A stretch of DNA of 53,320 nucleotides from Patescibacteria group bacterium (lineage in GTDB: Bacteria; Patescibacteriota; Minisyncoccia; Phycocordibacterales; JBBUBG01). The notes below the pieces were generated by a model. The model saw nothing but the letters and a program-made list of their open reading frames with translations, was not told where the DNA came from and made no database searches. Numbering within the stretch: position 1 is the first letter of the stretch; each line of letters begins with the position of its first letter. The DNA lies in contig JAZKIQ010000005.1 of the NCBI GenBank assembly GCA_040384765.1, positions 125,927 to 179,246 of the forward strand. Direction: 5' to 3'. This document shows, in pieces, positions 1 through 9,150 of this stretch. The translations under genes and the position numbers were made by a program.

Positions 1-748
1 TTTTTTTAAGCTCCAGGAGAAGAAATAGCGGGAACTCTTTGCGTGCAGCGTTTTCAGCTTTAGCACGAGGTCCGCTGTCGCTCTCTTTATCAGAGGTCCA
101 CTCTTCGAGGCGAGATACGACAAGCCCGGCCTTTTGGAAAGCTTTGAAATAAGCCTGGAGCGGTCGATGGAAGGAGACTGTTTTTTCGCGGCCAGTCTTA
201 CCCGGATCCATTACAATCTCTGTTCGAGACTCAGACAGGTACCCATCCAGGCGACGGTATTGCACAGTCTTTTCGGCATCCCACTCCCAGCCACTCGCTC
301 CTGGAATGCGAAATGCTGGGTGATTGATAACAAAATAGAAGGAGCCGTCCTTTTTGAGAACCCTAGCAAGTTCAACAAGCACCTCCTGATAGGGGCCAAT
401 ATTCTGCAAAGCAAGGACGCAGCTTCCTTTATCAAGCGACTCATCTTGTAAAAATGAGAGGTCTTGCCCTTTAGCAACATGGTATTCGATGCCGCTTCCC
501 TCTTTTTTCTTTGCTCGCTCGATAAGCTCCGGAGAGATGTCCGACGCGAACACCTCGCCACCAGCCTCGCTCCACGCACGCGCAAAAAAACCCTGACCGC
601 AAGCAAGGTCGAGTATTTGTTCCCCCTTTTTAATATCGAGCAGCCGCAGAAGATTCGGCAAAATAACCCGAGAGTGGTACGTATCGCCCTCCTCGAGATG
701 CTCGTCGTACCAATCTGCGACGCCGCCCCAGCTGGTATTTTTCTTCAT
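1..748 (-). CDS. Class I SAM-dependent methyltransferase (3' end runs off the window)
   Basis: Not in the ORF track because there is no stop in the window. Manual translation from the ATG at 748 gives MKKNTSWGGVADWYDEHL...ILDLACGQGFF...FASDISPELI...LARVLKKDG, with SAM motif I. The start overlaps the upstream stop (TAATG). Confidence 0.85.
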   Translation of the reverse strand, partial: MKKNTSWGGVADWYDEHLEEGDTYHSRVILPNLLRLLDIKKGEQILDLACGQGFFARAWSEAGGEVFASDISPELIERAKKKEGSGIEYHVAKGQDLSFLQDESLDKGSCVLALQNIGPYQEVLVELARVLKKDGSFYFVINHPAFRIPGASGWEWDAEKTVQYRRLDGYLSESRTEIVMDPGKTGREKTVSFHRPLQAYFKAFQKAGLVVSRLEEWTSDKESDSGPRAKAENAARKEFPLFLLLELKK

Positions 749-1110
749 TACGAAAGATGAGAACCATTAAACACTGGTTTCTCTGGCGAAAGGATCACCG
801 CTCCCCCCTCCTCTGTGTGCCCAGCTATAAGCATCCCTTGCGACTCGAGGCCAGCGAGCTTTCGGTAGGCAATATTTGCTGCCACAACGATCTGCCGCCC
901 TACGAGCGTTTCTGGAGGGTACCACTTCACAATCCCCGCCAAAATCTGGCGATGCTTTGGAACACCTGCTTCGTCTTTCTCGCCAATATCAACCATCATG
1001 CGAACCAGCTTCTCTGAGTTCGGCACCGCTTCTGCAGAAACAATCGTTCCAATCCGCATATCAAGCTTTGCAAAATCGTCGTATGAAATTGTTGGTTTTG
1101 GCTCATTCAT
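748..1110 (-). CDS. tRNA-binding OB-fold protein (MetRS C-terminal/beta subunit, Trbp111/CsaA-like)
   Basis: ISYDDFAKLDMRIGTI...RQILAGI...ESQGML, typical of the tRNA_bind domain. Confidence 0.85.
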   Translation of the reverse strand: MNEPKPTISYDDFAKLDMRIGTIVSAEAVPNSEKLVRMMVDIGEKDEAGVPKHRQILAGIVKWYPPETLVGRQIVVAANIAYRKLAGLESQGMLIAGHTEEGGAVILSPEKPVFNGSHLS

Positions 1111-2095
1111 GACTTTTCTTTAAAGAAGTTCCCGCTTTATTGAAAAACTGGGAAAGCTCCTTGGTGAGTTTTTTGAGGCTTTCATCGTCGTACACACTCA
1201 CCGATGAAAGTGGAGAAGCAATCTTCTTCATGAGGGCAAGCTTCTTCTTGAGATCGTCGGGAGAAACCAGGTCTGTTTTAGTAAGGAGAACAAACTCAGG
1301 CTTTTTGGCAAGAGTCGAATCAAACGATTCGAGCTCATCTCGAATAATGCCATAGTCGCGCGCTAAGTCGTCGCTCTCGAGCGAGAGGCAATGCACGATA
1401 AATGTTGTGCGCTTTACGTGTCGGAGAAACTTTGACCCAAGACCCTTTCCCTGCGATGCCCCTTCGATGATCCCGGGAATATCCGCCATCACAAGCGCGC
1501 CTGCGAGCATGCCGAGGGATGGGTCGAGCGTAGTAAACTTGTACGCACCCACCTTGCTCTTCGCGCCAGTGAGCGCATTAAGCAAGCTCGACTTTCCAGC
1601 ATTAGGCAAACCAACAAGCCCGATGTCAGCAATAAGCTGGAGCTCGAGATACAGCTCTGCCTGATACCCAGGTCGGCCCTCCTCGAAGCGCTGAGGCTCC
1701 GTACCCCGCGCATGAGAAAAAGCGCGGTTGCCGCGGCCGCGCAATCCGCCTTTTGCAACAAGCACTCGCTCGCCAAGCGTAAGCAACTCGAAAGGGGGCT
1801 CGCCTGTTGTCTTGTTCACAACAACCGTCCCGCGAGGCACGGGAAGAAGAATATCGTCACCATCTTCACCCTGCTTATGGCGCCTTCCGAGCTCACCATC
1901 TTCGGCCTTAAAATCTTTTTCGTATCGATACCGAGAAAGATCCCCAAGTGCAGTGGTCACTTCGAGATAGATAGAGCCACCGTTGCCGCCATCAGAACCA
2001 CTCGGTCGGTAGTCCATATTGGTCTCACCAAAGGCAACTTTTCCCGTTCCACCATTGCCTCCGCGAACCTTAATTGTTACCTCATCGATAATCAT
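1103..2095 (-). CDS. obgE: GTPase ObgE/CgtA
   Basis: Gly-rich Obg fold at the N-terminus; GLVGLPNAGKSS, FTTL, DIPG, TKTD motifs. Confidence 0.95.
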   Translation of the reverse strand: MIIDEVTIKVRGGNGGTGKVAFGETNMDYRPSGSDGGNGGSIYLEVTTALGDLSRYRYEKDFKAEDGELGRRHKQGEDGDDILLPVPRGTVVVNKTTGEPPFELLTLGERVLVAKGGLRGRGNRAFSHARGTEPQRFEEGRPGYQAELYLELQLIADIGLVGLPNAGKSSLLNALTGAKSKVGAYKFTTLDPSLGMLAGALVMADIPGIIEGASQGKGLGSKFLRHVKRTTFIVHCLSLESDDLARDYGIIRDELESFDSTLAKKPEFVLLTKTDLVSPDDLKKKLALMKKIASPLSSVSVYDDESLKKLTKELSQFFNKAGTSLKKSHE

Positions 2096-2137
2096 TGGGT
2101 CATGCTAGCACAGAAACCAAAAACGAGAGCGGACTCG

Positions 2138-2998
2138 CTACTTGGCCGAGTGGCCGCCAAACAGTGCACGCAAGAGTGAAAGTACCCTCCCCGCATAGCT
2201 TGGGTTGTCTCCGGACTGCTTACGGAATAGAAGTGATCCTTCGATAATCGGCGTTTCTACACCCAGCTCTTTTGCCGCTTCCACCGTCCACGCCCCCTCG
2301 CCAGTATGAGCAACCGTACTTGAGATATCTGCAAGCTCCGTACCATATTTTTCGTATCCTTCCAGAAGCCATCCAATGAGACGTGACTCGATGACAGAGC
2401 CACTGTTGTAGATACGCGTAATCTCATTGAGATCAAGCTTCATGGGAGACTGATGAAGCACCTCGAACCCTTCGGCGATCGCCTGCATCATGCCGTACTC
2501 GATCCCGTTGTGCACCATCTTTACAAAGTGGCCAGCACCAGCAGGGCCCAGATAGGCGTATGCGGCAGGTGCAGAGATATCACGAAACAGCTGTTCGTAT
2601 CTCAAAAACAGCTCTTTTTTTCCACCGATCATGACACACGCGCCGTTTCTCGCGCCACTCGGGCCACCAGAGATACCAGCATCGAGGAACTCGATCCCTT
2701 TCCGAGCAAGCCTCCCTGCATGTTCGACCGACTTTTTATAAAAGGAGTTTCCCCCGTCGATTACCGTATCACCCGAAGAAAGAAGGTGTGCGAGCTGATC
2801 GATAACACCGTCGGTCGCCGAAGCTGGAACCATAACCCAGATAAGCCGTGGCGCTGAAACTGCCGCCACGAGCTCTGAGAGCGACTGTGTACTACCCGAA
2901 CCACTCGTATCGTAGGTCTCGCACTCGTGCCCCTTTTCGGCAAGCCGTGCCACCATGTTCGCACCCATTTTACCCAAACCGATATATCCAAGTTTCAT
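2138..2998 (-). CDS. gnd: 6-phosphogluconate dehydrogenase, decarboxylating (short YqeC-type)
   Basis: GYIGLGKMG, IDGGNS, DAGISGG, GHFVKMVHNGIEYG; adjacent to zwf. Confidence 0.93.
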   Translation of the reverse strand: MKLGYIGLGKMGANMVARLAEKGHECETYDTSGSGSTQSLSELVAAVSAPRLIWVMVPASATDGVIDQLAHLLSSGDTVIDGGNSFYKKSVEHAGRLARKGIEFLDAGISGGPSGARNGACVMIGGKKELFLRYEQLFRDISAPAAYAYLGPAGAGHFVKMVHNGIEYGMMQAIAEGFEVLHQSPMKLDLNEITRIYNSGSVIESRLIGWLLEGYEKYGTELADISSTVAHTGEGAWTVEAAKELGVETPIIEGSLLFRKQSGDNPSYAGRVLSLLRALFGGHSAK

Positions 2999-3003
2999 TT
3001 AGA

Positions 3004-3070
3004 TAGTTACAAGTTGTTAGTTCCTAGTTCTTAGTTAAGAGCTTTCACTATCAACTATAAACTAGTAACT
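3004..3070. repeat. Inverted heptamer-repeat palindrome (TAGTT.. / ..AACTA) between zwf and gnd
   Basis: tagttac aagttgt tagttcc tagttct tagtt ... actatc aactata aactagt aact. Confidence 0.65.
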
Positions 3071-3077
3071 GTGTTTT

Positions 3078-4478
3078 CTATTTCCCCGGCCCCCACGAGC
3101 CTTTTGGATAGGTAGCAAGCGGCACCCGCTCGAGGCCCTCTACAATAGGAGCGATAAATCGCCACGAGGCAAGCACTTCATCAGTGGACGCAAAAAGCAT
3201 CTGATCTCCACGGAAGCAGTCGAACAGCACCCGTTCATACGCATCGACAAGCTCGAGTTCTGCATCACGCTCATACAAAAAGGAGAGTGTTTTTTCGACG
3301 AGATTAAATCCAAAACCCGGCTCCTTGGTCCACAAAGAAAGAGTGATACCCGCTCCAGGCTGAATACGAAAGGTAAGTCGATTTTGATGTGCACAGGTGT
3401 CACGCGCACCACAGATACACTCCTTTTTCTTAAAGAAAATCGTTATCTCCATCTTCTCCTCCGCAAGCGATTTGCCCGACTCGAGGAAGAAAGGCACCTC
3501 TTTCCATCTATCCGATTTTACCTCAAGACGAAGACGAAAGTAGGTCTCCTTTGTTGAGTCAGGATGAACATTCTTCTCCTCTCGATACCCTTCATACTGA
3601 CCTCGAGCAAGCGACTCAAGGATACCTTGCCTCGTTATCGGCTTGAGTGCGCCAAGCGCAGCGGCACGAGCAGCCTGAATCGATGAGCCCGTAAAACTAG
3701 TTGGCCGATCCATGGCAATGAGCGCGAGCATCTGGAGCATGTGATTCTGACCCACGTCGCGCAAAGCCCCCAAAGAATCATAAAAAGCGCCACGCGATCC
3801 GATGGTCTCTCGCTCAAAAAACTGAACCTCCACCTTTTCAACATGTTCATGATTCCAAAGCGGTTCAAAAATCGCATTAGAAAAACGGAACGCGATGATA
3901 TTTTGCATCGCCTCCTTGGCAAGGTAGTGATCGATACGAAAGATCTGCTCCTCGCGAAAAAGGCGGCCAAGCAGCTGGTCGAGTTTTTTTGCAGTCTTAA
4001 GATCGTTGCCAAACGGCTTTTCCACAAGCACACGAGTCCAGCCATTTTCATCGTCGCAGGCGCTGGTAAGGCCTGACTCCGCGAGATTCCTTGAGATGGT
4101 CTCGTAGAGGGTTGGGGGCACCGCGAGATAGTACAGCTTGTTTGTGCACTGGCCGATCTCATCGTCGATTGCCTTCTGTGCTTCCGCAAGCGCCCCGTAC
4201 GATGCACTCTTATCAAAATCTCCCTGTACATAGGTACATGCTTTGAGAAACTTTGTGCGAAGGTCTCCCTTTTTAACCTTTTTCTCATCAAGCACCTCCG
4301 TGATGTATCTCTGAAACTCCAGAGGAGAAAGCTCCTTTCGAGAAAATCCCACAATCCTGAACGTGAGCGGAAGCATATTTCTCTCGAACAGATGAAAGAG
4401 GGCGACCAGCAATTTTTGTTTTGCCAGATCACCTGTTACCCCGAATATGACAAAGAGTGTTGGGGTGTTCTCACGCAT
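3078..4478 (-). CDS. zwf: Glucose-6-phosphate 1-dehydrogenase
   Basis: IFGVTGDLA, YLAVPP, EKPFG, RIDHYLAKE, DVGQNH motifs. Confidence 0.96.
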   Translation of the reverse strand: MRENTPTLFVIFGVTGDLAKQKLLVALFHLFERNMLPLTFRIVGFSRKELSPLEFQRYITEVLDEKKVKKGDLRTKFLKACTYVQGDFDKSASYGALAEAQKAIDDEIGQCTNKLYYLAVPPTLYETISRNLAESGLTSACDDENGWTRVLVEKPFGNDLKTAKKLDQLLGRLFREEQIFRIDHYLAKEAMQNIIAFRFSNAIFEPLWNHEHVEKVEVQFFERETIGSRGAFYDSLGALRDVGQNHMLQMLALIAMDRPTSFTGSSIQAARAAALGALKPITRQGILESLARGQYEGYREEKNVHPDSTKETYFRLRLEVKSDRWKEVPFFLESGKSLAEEKMEITIFFKKKECICGARDTCAHQNRLTFRIQPGAGITLSLWTKEPGFGFNLVEKTLSFLYERDAELELVDAYERVLFDCFRGDQMLFASTDEVLASWRFIAPIVEGLERVPLATYPKGSWGPGK

Positions 4479-4481
4479 AGG

Positions 4482-5429
4482 CTATGCCTTCTTATCTGGT
4501 TCGCAGAGATTTACGTGCAGTTTCGTGAAGTTGTATGCACTCGTGGCGGCGACAGCCCCCATTGCAGCAGCAGTAATATCCTGCTTAAAAAAACCAAAGA
4601 GGTTAGTGGTATCCCCAGCTGCATACGCGCCCGGGATATTTGTTTCCGCAAGAGCATTTGTCTTGATATACCCTTTCTCATCAAGCCCAACACCGATCAT
4701 GCTTGCGATCTCGACATTTGGCTTAGCACCCACCTCAACAAAAATACCAGCTGCCGCAAGCTCGACATGGCCGTCGTGCGGTTTTTTCAGGACCACCTTC
4801 TCAAACTTGTTCTCCCCTACGAGCTCTGCCACTTCATTGTTCATCAAAACCTCTACCTTATCCCCGAGCTTCTGCATCTGTTCATAGTTGATCGGCTCAG
4901 CAGTTATCCCGTCCCTCACCACAAAGTAGATTTTTGAAACATACTCTGCCGCAAGGTTGATACTCTTTACCGATGAGTCGCCGCCGCCAACGATGATAAC
5001 CTCTTTTCCTGCATAAAGGGGTGCATCGCACGTTGCGCACACATGAAGACCTTTCCCCAGAAGGGCGTCTTCGTTGGGAAGACCGAGCTTGCGGTGCTTG
5101 GTGCCACACGCAAACAAGACGGTCTTTGCATGATAGATCACGCCCTTTGCGGTGGTCACCGTAAAACAGCCTCCATCATTTACGACTGACGTGACCGTGC
5201 CATCCTTCACTTCGGTCCCCACCTCCTTCGCCTGATCGCGCATGATCACCATGAGATCGTATCCATCGATCCCTTTGTTGCCCGGATAGTTCCAGATCAC
5301 GCCAGCACGCGAGGTAAGGCCACCAAACTCCTCTCCGATAATGAGCGTTTTCATCCGATAGCGGCCAGCATACAGACCGGCAGCAAGGCCAGCAGCTCCA
5401 GAACCAATGATGATGAGGTCGTAAGGCAT
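4482..5429 (-). CDS. trxB: Thioredoxin reductase-like FAD-dependent oxidoreductase
   Basis: IIGSGAAG, CATCD redox motif, VGGGDS, YAAGD. Confidence 0.88.
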   Translation of the reverse strand: MPYDLIIIGSGAAGLAAGLYAGRYRMKTLIIGEEFGGLTSRAGVIWNYPGNKGIDGYDLMVIMRDQAKEVGTEVKDGTVTSVVNDGGCFTVTTAKGVIYHAKTVLFACGTKHRKLGLPNEDALLGKGLHVCATCDAPLYAGKEVIIVGGGDSSVKSINLAAEYVSKIYFVVRDGITAEPINYEQMQKLGDKVEVLMNNEVAELVGENKFEKVVLKKPHDGHVELAAAGIFVEVGAKPNVEIASMIGVGLDEKGYIKTNALAETNIPGAYAAGDTTNLFGFFKQDITAAAMGAVAATSAYNFTKLHVNLCEPDKKA

Positions 5430-5436
5430 GGGATAC

Positions 5437-5509
5437 AGTTTATAGTTGATAGTCTATAGTTTTGAAAAATCAGGTTCTCTACAAACTACCAACTATAAAC
5501 TAAAAACTA
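5437..5509. repeat. Inverted heptamer-repeat palindrome (TAGTTTA-like / TAAACTA-like) between grx and trxB
   Basis: agtttatagttgatagtctatagttt ... aaactaccaactataaactaaaaacta; the right end coincides with the grx stop codon. Confidence 0.65.
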
Positions 5510-5761
5510 TTCTTCTTTAATTCCCAAGAGCGCGGCGAGGCGGTCTTTGTTGAATCCGACAATATACTCCTCAGAACCTTCCGTTTTCACCTTGATCACC
5601 GGTACGCCCATCTGTCCGGACTTCTCGAACATCTCAGCTCGAGCTGTTTCGTCGTGATAGACGTCCTTCTCGCCATAGGCAACGTTATGCTCCTTGAAAT
5701 ACTCTTTCGCCATCTTGCAGTAGACGCACGTAGGGGTTGTAAAGATAGTTACTTCAGCCAT
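5507..5761 (-). CDS. Glutaredoxin-like / NrdH-redoxin (YruB family)
   Basis: TPTCVYC, GQMGVPVI, VGF. Confidence 0.9.
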   Translation of the reverse strand: MAEVTIFTTPTCVYCKMAKEYFKEHNVAYGEKDVYHDETARAEMFEKSGQMGVPVIKVKTEGSEEYIVGFNKDRLAALLGIKEE

Positions 5762-5782
5762 AGCAAAATTGTTCTTAATTAT

Positions 5783-6226
5783 TTATTTCCAAGAACCGAG
5801 CAAACCTCCTACAAGAACGAGCGTAATGAGGTAGTTCAGAGAGTTGATCCAGTAGAGCTTCCACGACTTTCGCTCCCAAAACACCATGTTAAGAAACGGT
5901 ACTGCAATAAACCCAAGCCAAAGCCATGCGCCTACCTGCGAACCAAGGCCAAAGGTTGAAGGGACTCCCATTGCCATAGCAGCAAGAGCTACTGCAGCCG
6001 CAAGCACGTACGAGAGAACGATCGCTGCCAGGAAAGCGGCGAGATATGTCTTGCCCATCCCTTTCTTCTGAGCTTCCTTGATCTTGTCCTCAGTCATCCC
6101 CGAGGCCATCTGCCATGACTTTGCGAAAAGGAGCGGTGAGTACCAAAGTGCCCCAATAATCATAGCAAGCACCCCTCCGGCAAGTACCGCCCACATGTTG
6201 AGAGCCATTGTCATACCCGTATTCAT
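5783..6226 (-). CDS. DUF1761-like membrane protein
   Basis: NMWAVL...IGALWYSPLLFAKSW pattern, four hydrophobic segments. Confidence 0.75.
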   Translation of the reverse strand: MNTGMTMALNMWAVLAGGVLAMIIGALWYSPLLFAKSWQMASGMTEDKIKEAQKKGMGKTYLAAFLAAIVLSYVLAAAVALAAMAMGVPSTFGLGSQVGAWLWLGFIAVPFLNMVFWERKSWKLYWINSLNYLITLVLVGGLLGSWK

Positions 6227-6242
6227 GAATTACTTTTAGTCG

Positions 6243-6524
6243 CTACAGTATACCGCCTCTTTCAGAAAAGTGAACTCCCTCCTCACGAAGCAGCTTTTCC
6301 TTCTTTCCGGCAAGCCCGTTGTACTCACCCACGGTTCCGTCCGAGCGCACCACTCGATGACACGGTACGGAAAGGTCGGCATTCGCTTTTAAAATGCTTC
6401 CCACCGCCCGTGCAGCACCAGGCGAGCCTGCGCACAGCGCAACCTCACCATAGCTTTTGACCGATCCACGCGGAATCGCCTTTACGCACACTACTACGCG
6501 ACTTTTAAAATCCAGTTGAGTCAT
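6243..6524 (-). CDS. O6-alkylguanine DNA alkyltransferase (single-domain MGMT family)
   Basis: IPRGSVKSYGEVA, ARAVG, PCHRV active site. Confidence 0.9.
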   Translation of the reverse strand: MTQLDFKSRVVVCVKAIPRGSVKSYGEVALCAGSPGAARAVGSILKANADLSVPCHRVVRSDGTVGEYNGLAGKKEKLLREEGVHFSERGGIL

Positions 6525-6605
6525 TGAACAAATGTGTATGGCCAGTATATAGAGAAGCGGTGTTTTCCGAAAAAAGCATCTATCGCCACATGATACACTT
6601 TATCT

Positions 6606-7478
6606 ATGCGCATGCTTCTCGCTCTTCTTGTACTCCTTTTTTCTCCCAGCTTAGCCTTTGGCGCCCAGCCAGAAGCGGGCTTCGTTCCAAGTACGATCTG
6701 GTACTCAAAAAATGATTTTTACGCCGGAGATACCGTGCGTATCTATACAGTGATATTTAATGGAAGCGAAGGAGACCTCAAGGGCGAGCTACTCTTTAAA
6801 GACAACGGGGCGACCATAGGAAAAAGCTCATTTTCGCTTGTCCAAGGGAGATCAGAAACAGTTTGGACCGACTGGAAACCAGTCGCAGGAAAACATTCAG
6901 TCGAGGCCTCCATAGAAAACAGTCGCCTTTACCTACCAGGCAAGACGGAAGAGCGGGTGGAGCTCGCCTATGGAAATGCGCCCAAAAGCGAGAAGACTGT
7001 TCTCCCGCGACCAGAGCAGATCGGCAAAGAGCTTTTGGAAAGTGCTACAGAAGCAGCTAAAGAAGGAACCTCTTTTGCCCAAAGCGCCATAGCCACGTTT
7101 GCCGCGGATATGATCAAGAAACTTCCGGAACCCGCAACAGATCTGATTTTAACCGCAGGAGAGAACCTCGAGTCATTGCGCGAAAGCGCCGTGGTGACAC
7201 TCTCGGCAAGGATTGCACGAGACACCGAAACAAAGGCAGATCAGAAAATCGCTACCGAAAGCACCAAAAATAAATCTGAAGCCAACAAGACGAACGACTC
7301 ATTCGGATCTCTCCAGTCGGCCTCTCTCGTGAACGCTCTCCGAGGTGCTGGCATAGGAGCCGAGAAACTCCTCCTTATCATTCTAGAAAATGCGCTCGCC
7401 TGCTACGCCATACTTGTAGCGCTTCTCCTCTTTTCGATGCGCTATGCCTACCAACGAATGACCGCAAGACCGTTTTAA
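6606..7478 (+). CDS. Secreted/membrane-anchored hypothetical protein (possible Ig-like/CARDB domain)
   Basis: Signal peptide, beta-rich N-terminal region (AGDTVRIYTVIFN...W...AGKHSVEA), C-terminal TM segment. Confidence 0.65.
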   Translation: MRMLLALLVLLFSPSLAFGAQPEAGFVPSTIWYSKNDFYAGDTVRIYTVIFNGSEGDLKGELLFKDNGATIGKSSFSLVQGRSETVWTDWKPVAGKHSVEASIENSRLYLPGKTEERVELAYGNAPKSEKTVLPRPEQIGKELLESATEAAKEGTSFAQSAIATFAADMIKKLPEPATDLILTAGENLESLRESAVVTLSARIARDTETKADQKIATESTKNKSEANKTNDSFGSLQSASLVNALRGAGIGAEKLLLIILENALACYAILVALLLFSMRYAYQRMTARPF

Positions 7479-7524
7479 AACAACTGCGGGCGAGACCAGA
7501 TGTATGGTCCCGCCCGTGCGCAGA

Positions 7525-8103
7525 TTAGGCTGCGCGTACCGAAGAGAGTAGAGCAGAATCCCCCTTGTATCTCCTGACGATAAAATGTGCCACGATGCGC
7601 CGCACAATGCGCCCAACCGGCTCGTGTCCGGTTCTGAGCACCAGGTCGTACTGCCGCGGATCGCACACCTCCCGAATCTCGTAGAGTGCACGGTAATGCT
7701 CGGCGTCGAGAAGCTCGCGCTTCTCGGTCTTGCTTTTCGCCTCTTCGACGCTAGCGAGCCCATCCCTTTCCGCAATCCGCCGGAAGCGGACCGAATCAGG
7801 GCAGACGAGCAGCACCTTGAAGGAGTACGGCAGAAACCGCCAGGCAAGCCGGCCCTCCACGACCTGTCGTGAATCAGGTGGCAACTCGCCAAACGAGCGC
7901 ACCTCGGAGTCGACAAGGCTGTCGAGATCGCTCGAGCGCTTCTCGTACACGGATCCGGCACGCTTCTTCAGTTCTGCGCGGACAAAGTCGCCGCACGAGA
8001 AAAACTCGGCCTTCCGAGCGCGGGCGAGCGCTCTTCCCACCGAAGAAGTGCCCGTACCCCCGAGCCCACCGATCGTAATGATCTCGGGTTCAAAAATGAC
8101 CAT
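7525..8103 (-). CDS. Cytidylate kinase-like protein (archaeal-type Cmk family)
   Basis: IITIGGLGGTGTSS P-loop-like region, VEGRLA, RRIAERDG, YDLVL; SD AAGGAGG upstream; next to pyrB. Confidence 0.75.
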   Translation of the reverse strand: MVIFEPEIITIGGLGGTGTSSVGRALARARKAEFFSCGDFVRAELKKRAGSVYEKRSSDLDSLVDSEVRSFGELPPDSRQVVEGRLAWRFLPYSFKVLLVCPDSVRFRRIAERDGLASVEEAKSKTEKRELLDAEHYRALYEIREVCDPRQYDLVLRTGHEPVGRIVRRIVAHFIVRRYKGDSALLSSVRAA

Positions 8104-8169
8104 TCGTGCCCTCCTTGGTCACGCGTTGTTGCTGGCAACTTTATAACATACCCCCGAAGGTTCACAAAC

Positions 8170-9072
8170 CTACTGCGCGAGCAAAAAGTGAAGTAAGGCC
8201 ATCCGCACAGACACGCCGTTTTCAGCTTGCCTGAAATATGCAGCCTGGGGCAGATCGTCTACATCGGGAGCGATCTCATCGATGCGCGGTAGCGGGTGCA
8301 TGAGAAGCGACTCTCGCTTCATCTTCTGTGCAAGCTCCCGATCAATCCGATAGCAGCTTTTGTATTTTTCGTATTCTCCAGGATCAGTAAAACGCTCTTT
8401 TTGTATTCGAGTTTGATAGATGACATCGACAAGAGAGATAACCGGCAAAAGATCTGATACGACCGAAAGGTGAAGCGAGCCGGAAAGCTCCGACATGATT
8501 GCCTCGGGAAGCTGAAGACCTACCGGAGAAACGAGAGTTACCTGTACATCCCGAAAAAGCGCGAGCGAGCGCAACAGCGACTTCACCGTACGCCCATTTT
8601 TGAGGTCCCCTACAAATGCGACAGAGAGGCCGTCGATCGATCCTCGCTCACGCATTATCGTTGAGAGATCGGTGAGCGTTTGGGTGGGGTGCTCGCTTCC
8701 GCCATCTCCGGCATTGATAACCGGCACCCGCGAATAGGCAGCCACTCGCTTTGCTGCACCCTCTTCGGGATGACGCACCACAATAATGTCCGCATAGCCC
8801 GAGACGATGCGCGCAGTATCTTCAAGCGTCTCCCCTTTTACTGCAGATGAGCTCTGTAGCCCATTTTCTGTGGAGAGAATACCTCCCCCGAGTCGAAGCA
8901 TTGCCGACTCAAAAGAGAAACGAGTCCGGGTGCTCGCTTCAAAAAAAAGAGCCGCCATAATGCGGTCTTTCAGAATCGGCTCCCGTTTCCCGCGCAGCTC
9001 TTCCGCGCTTTTCAAAATAGCCTCGATCTCCTCTCGCGAAAAATCTCTGATACCGAGTAGGTGTCGAATCAT
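8170..9072 (-). CDS. pyrB: Aspartate carbamoyltransferase catalytic subunit
   Basis: FFEASTRT, KGETLED, NAGDG, HPTQ, HPLPR. Confidence 0.96.
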   Translation of the reverse strand: MIRHLLGIRDFSREEIEAILKSAEELRGKREPILKDRIMAALFFEASTRTRFSFESAMLRLGGGILSTENGLQSSSAVKGETLEDTARIVSGYADIIVVRHPEEGAAKRVAAYSRVPVINAGDGGSEHPTQTLTDLSTIMRERGSIDGLSVAFVGDLKNGRTVKSLLRSLALFRDVQVTLVSPVGLQLPEAIMSELSGSLHLSVVSDLLPVISLVDVIYQTRIQKERFTDPGEYEKYKSCYRIDRELAQKMKRESLLMHPLPRIDEIAPDVDDLPQAAYFRQAENGVSVRMALLHFLLAQ

Positions 9073-9097
9073 ATTTCAATAGTACGCCAAGGCCTTG

Positions 9098-9135
9098 AAA
9101 AAAAGAAACCGGTGTTGCCAGGAGGGCAACACCGG
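9098..9135 (-). terminator. Rho-independent terminator after pyrC
   Basis: Stem ccggtgttgcc/ggcaacaccgg followed by a U-tract on the minus strand. Confidence 0.8.
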
Positions 9136-9150
9136 AGTTGAGACGAACGA

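Noticed and set aside
134-760. ORF-track calls in the first 760 bp
   Set aside because: Alternative frames of the minus-strand methyltransferase, which runs off the window.
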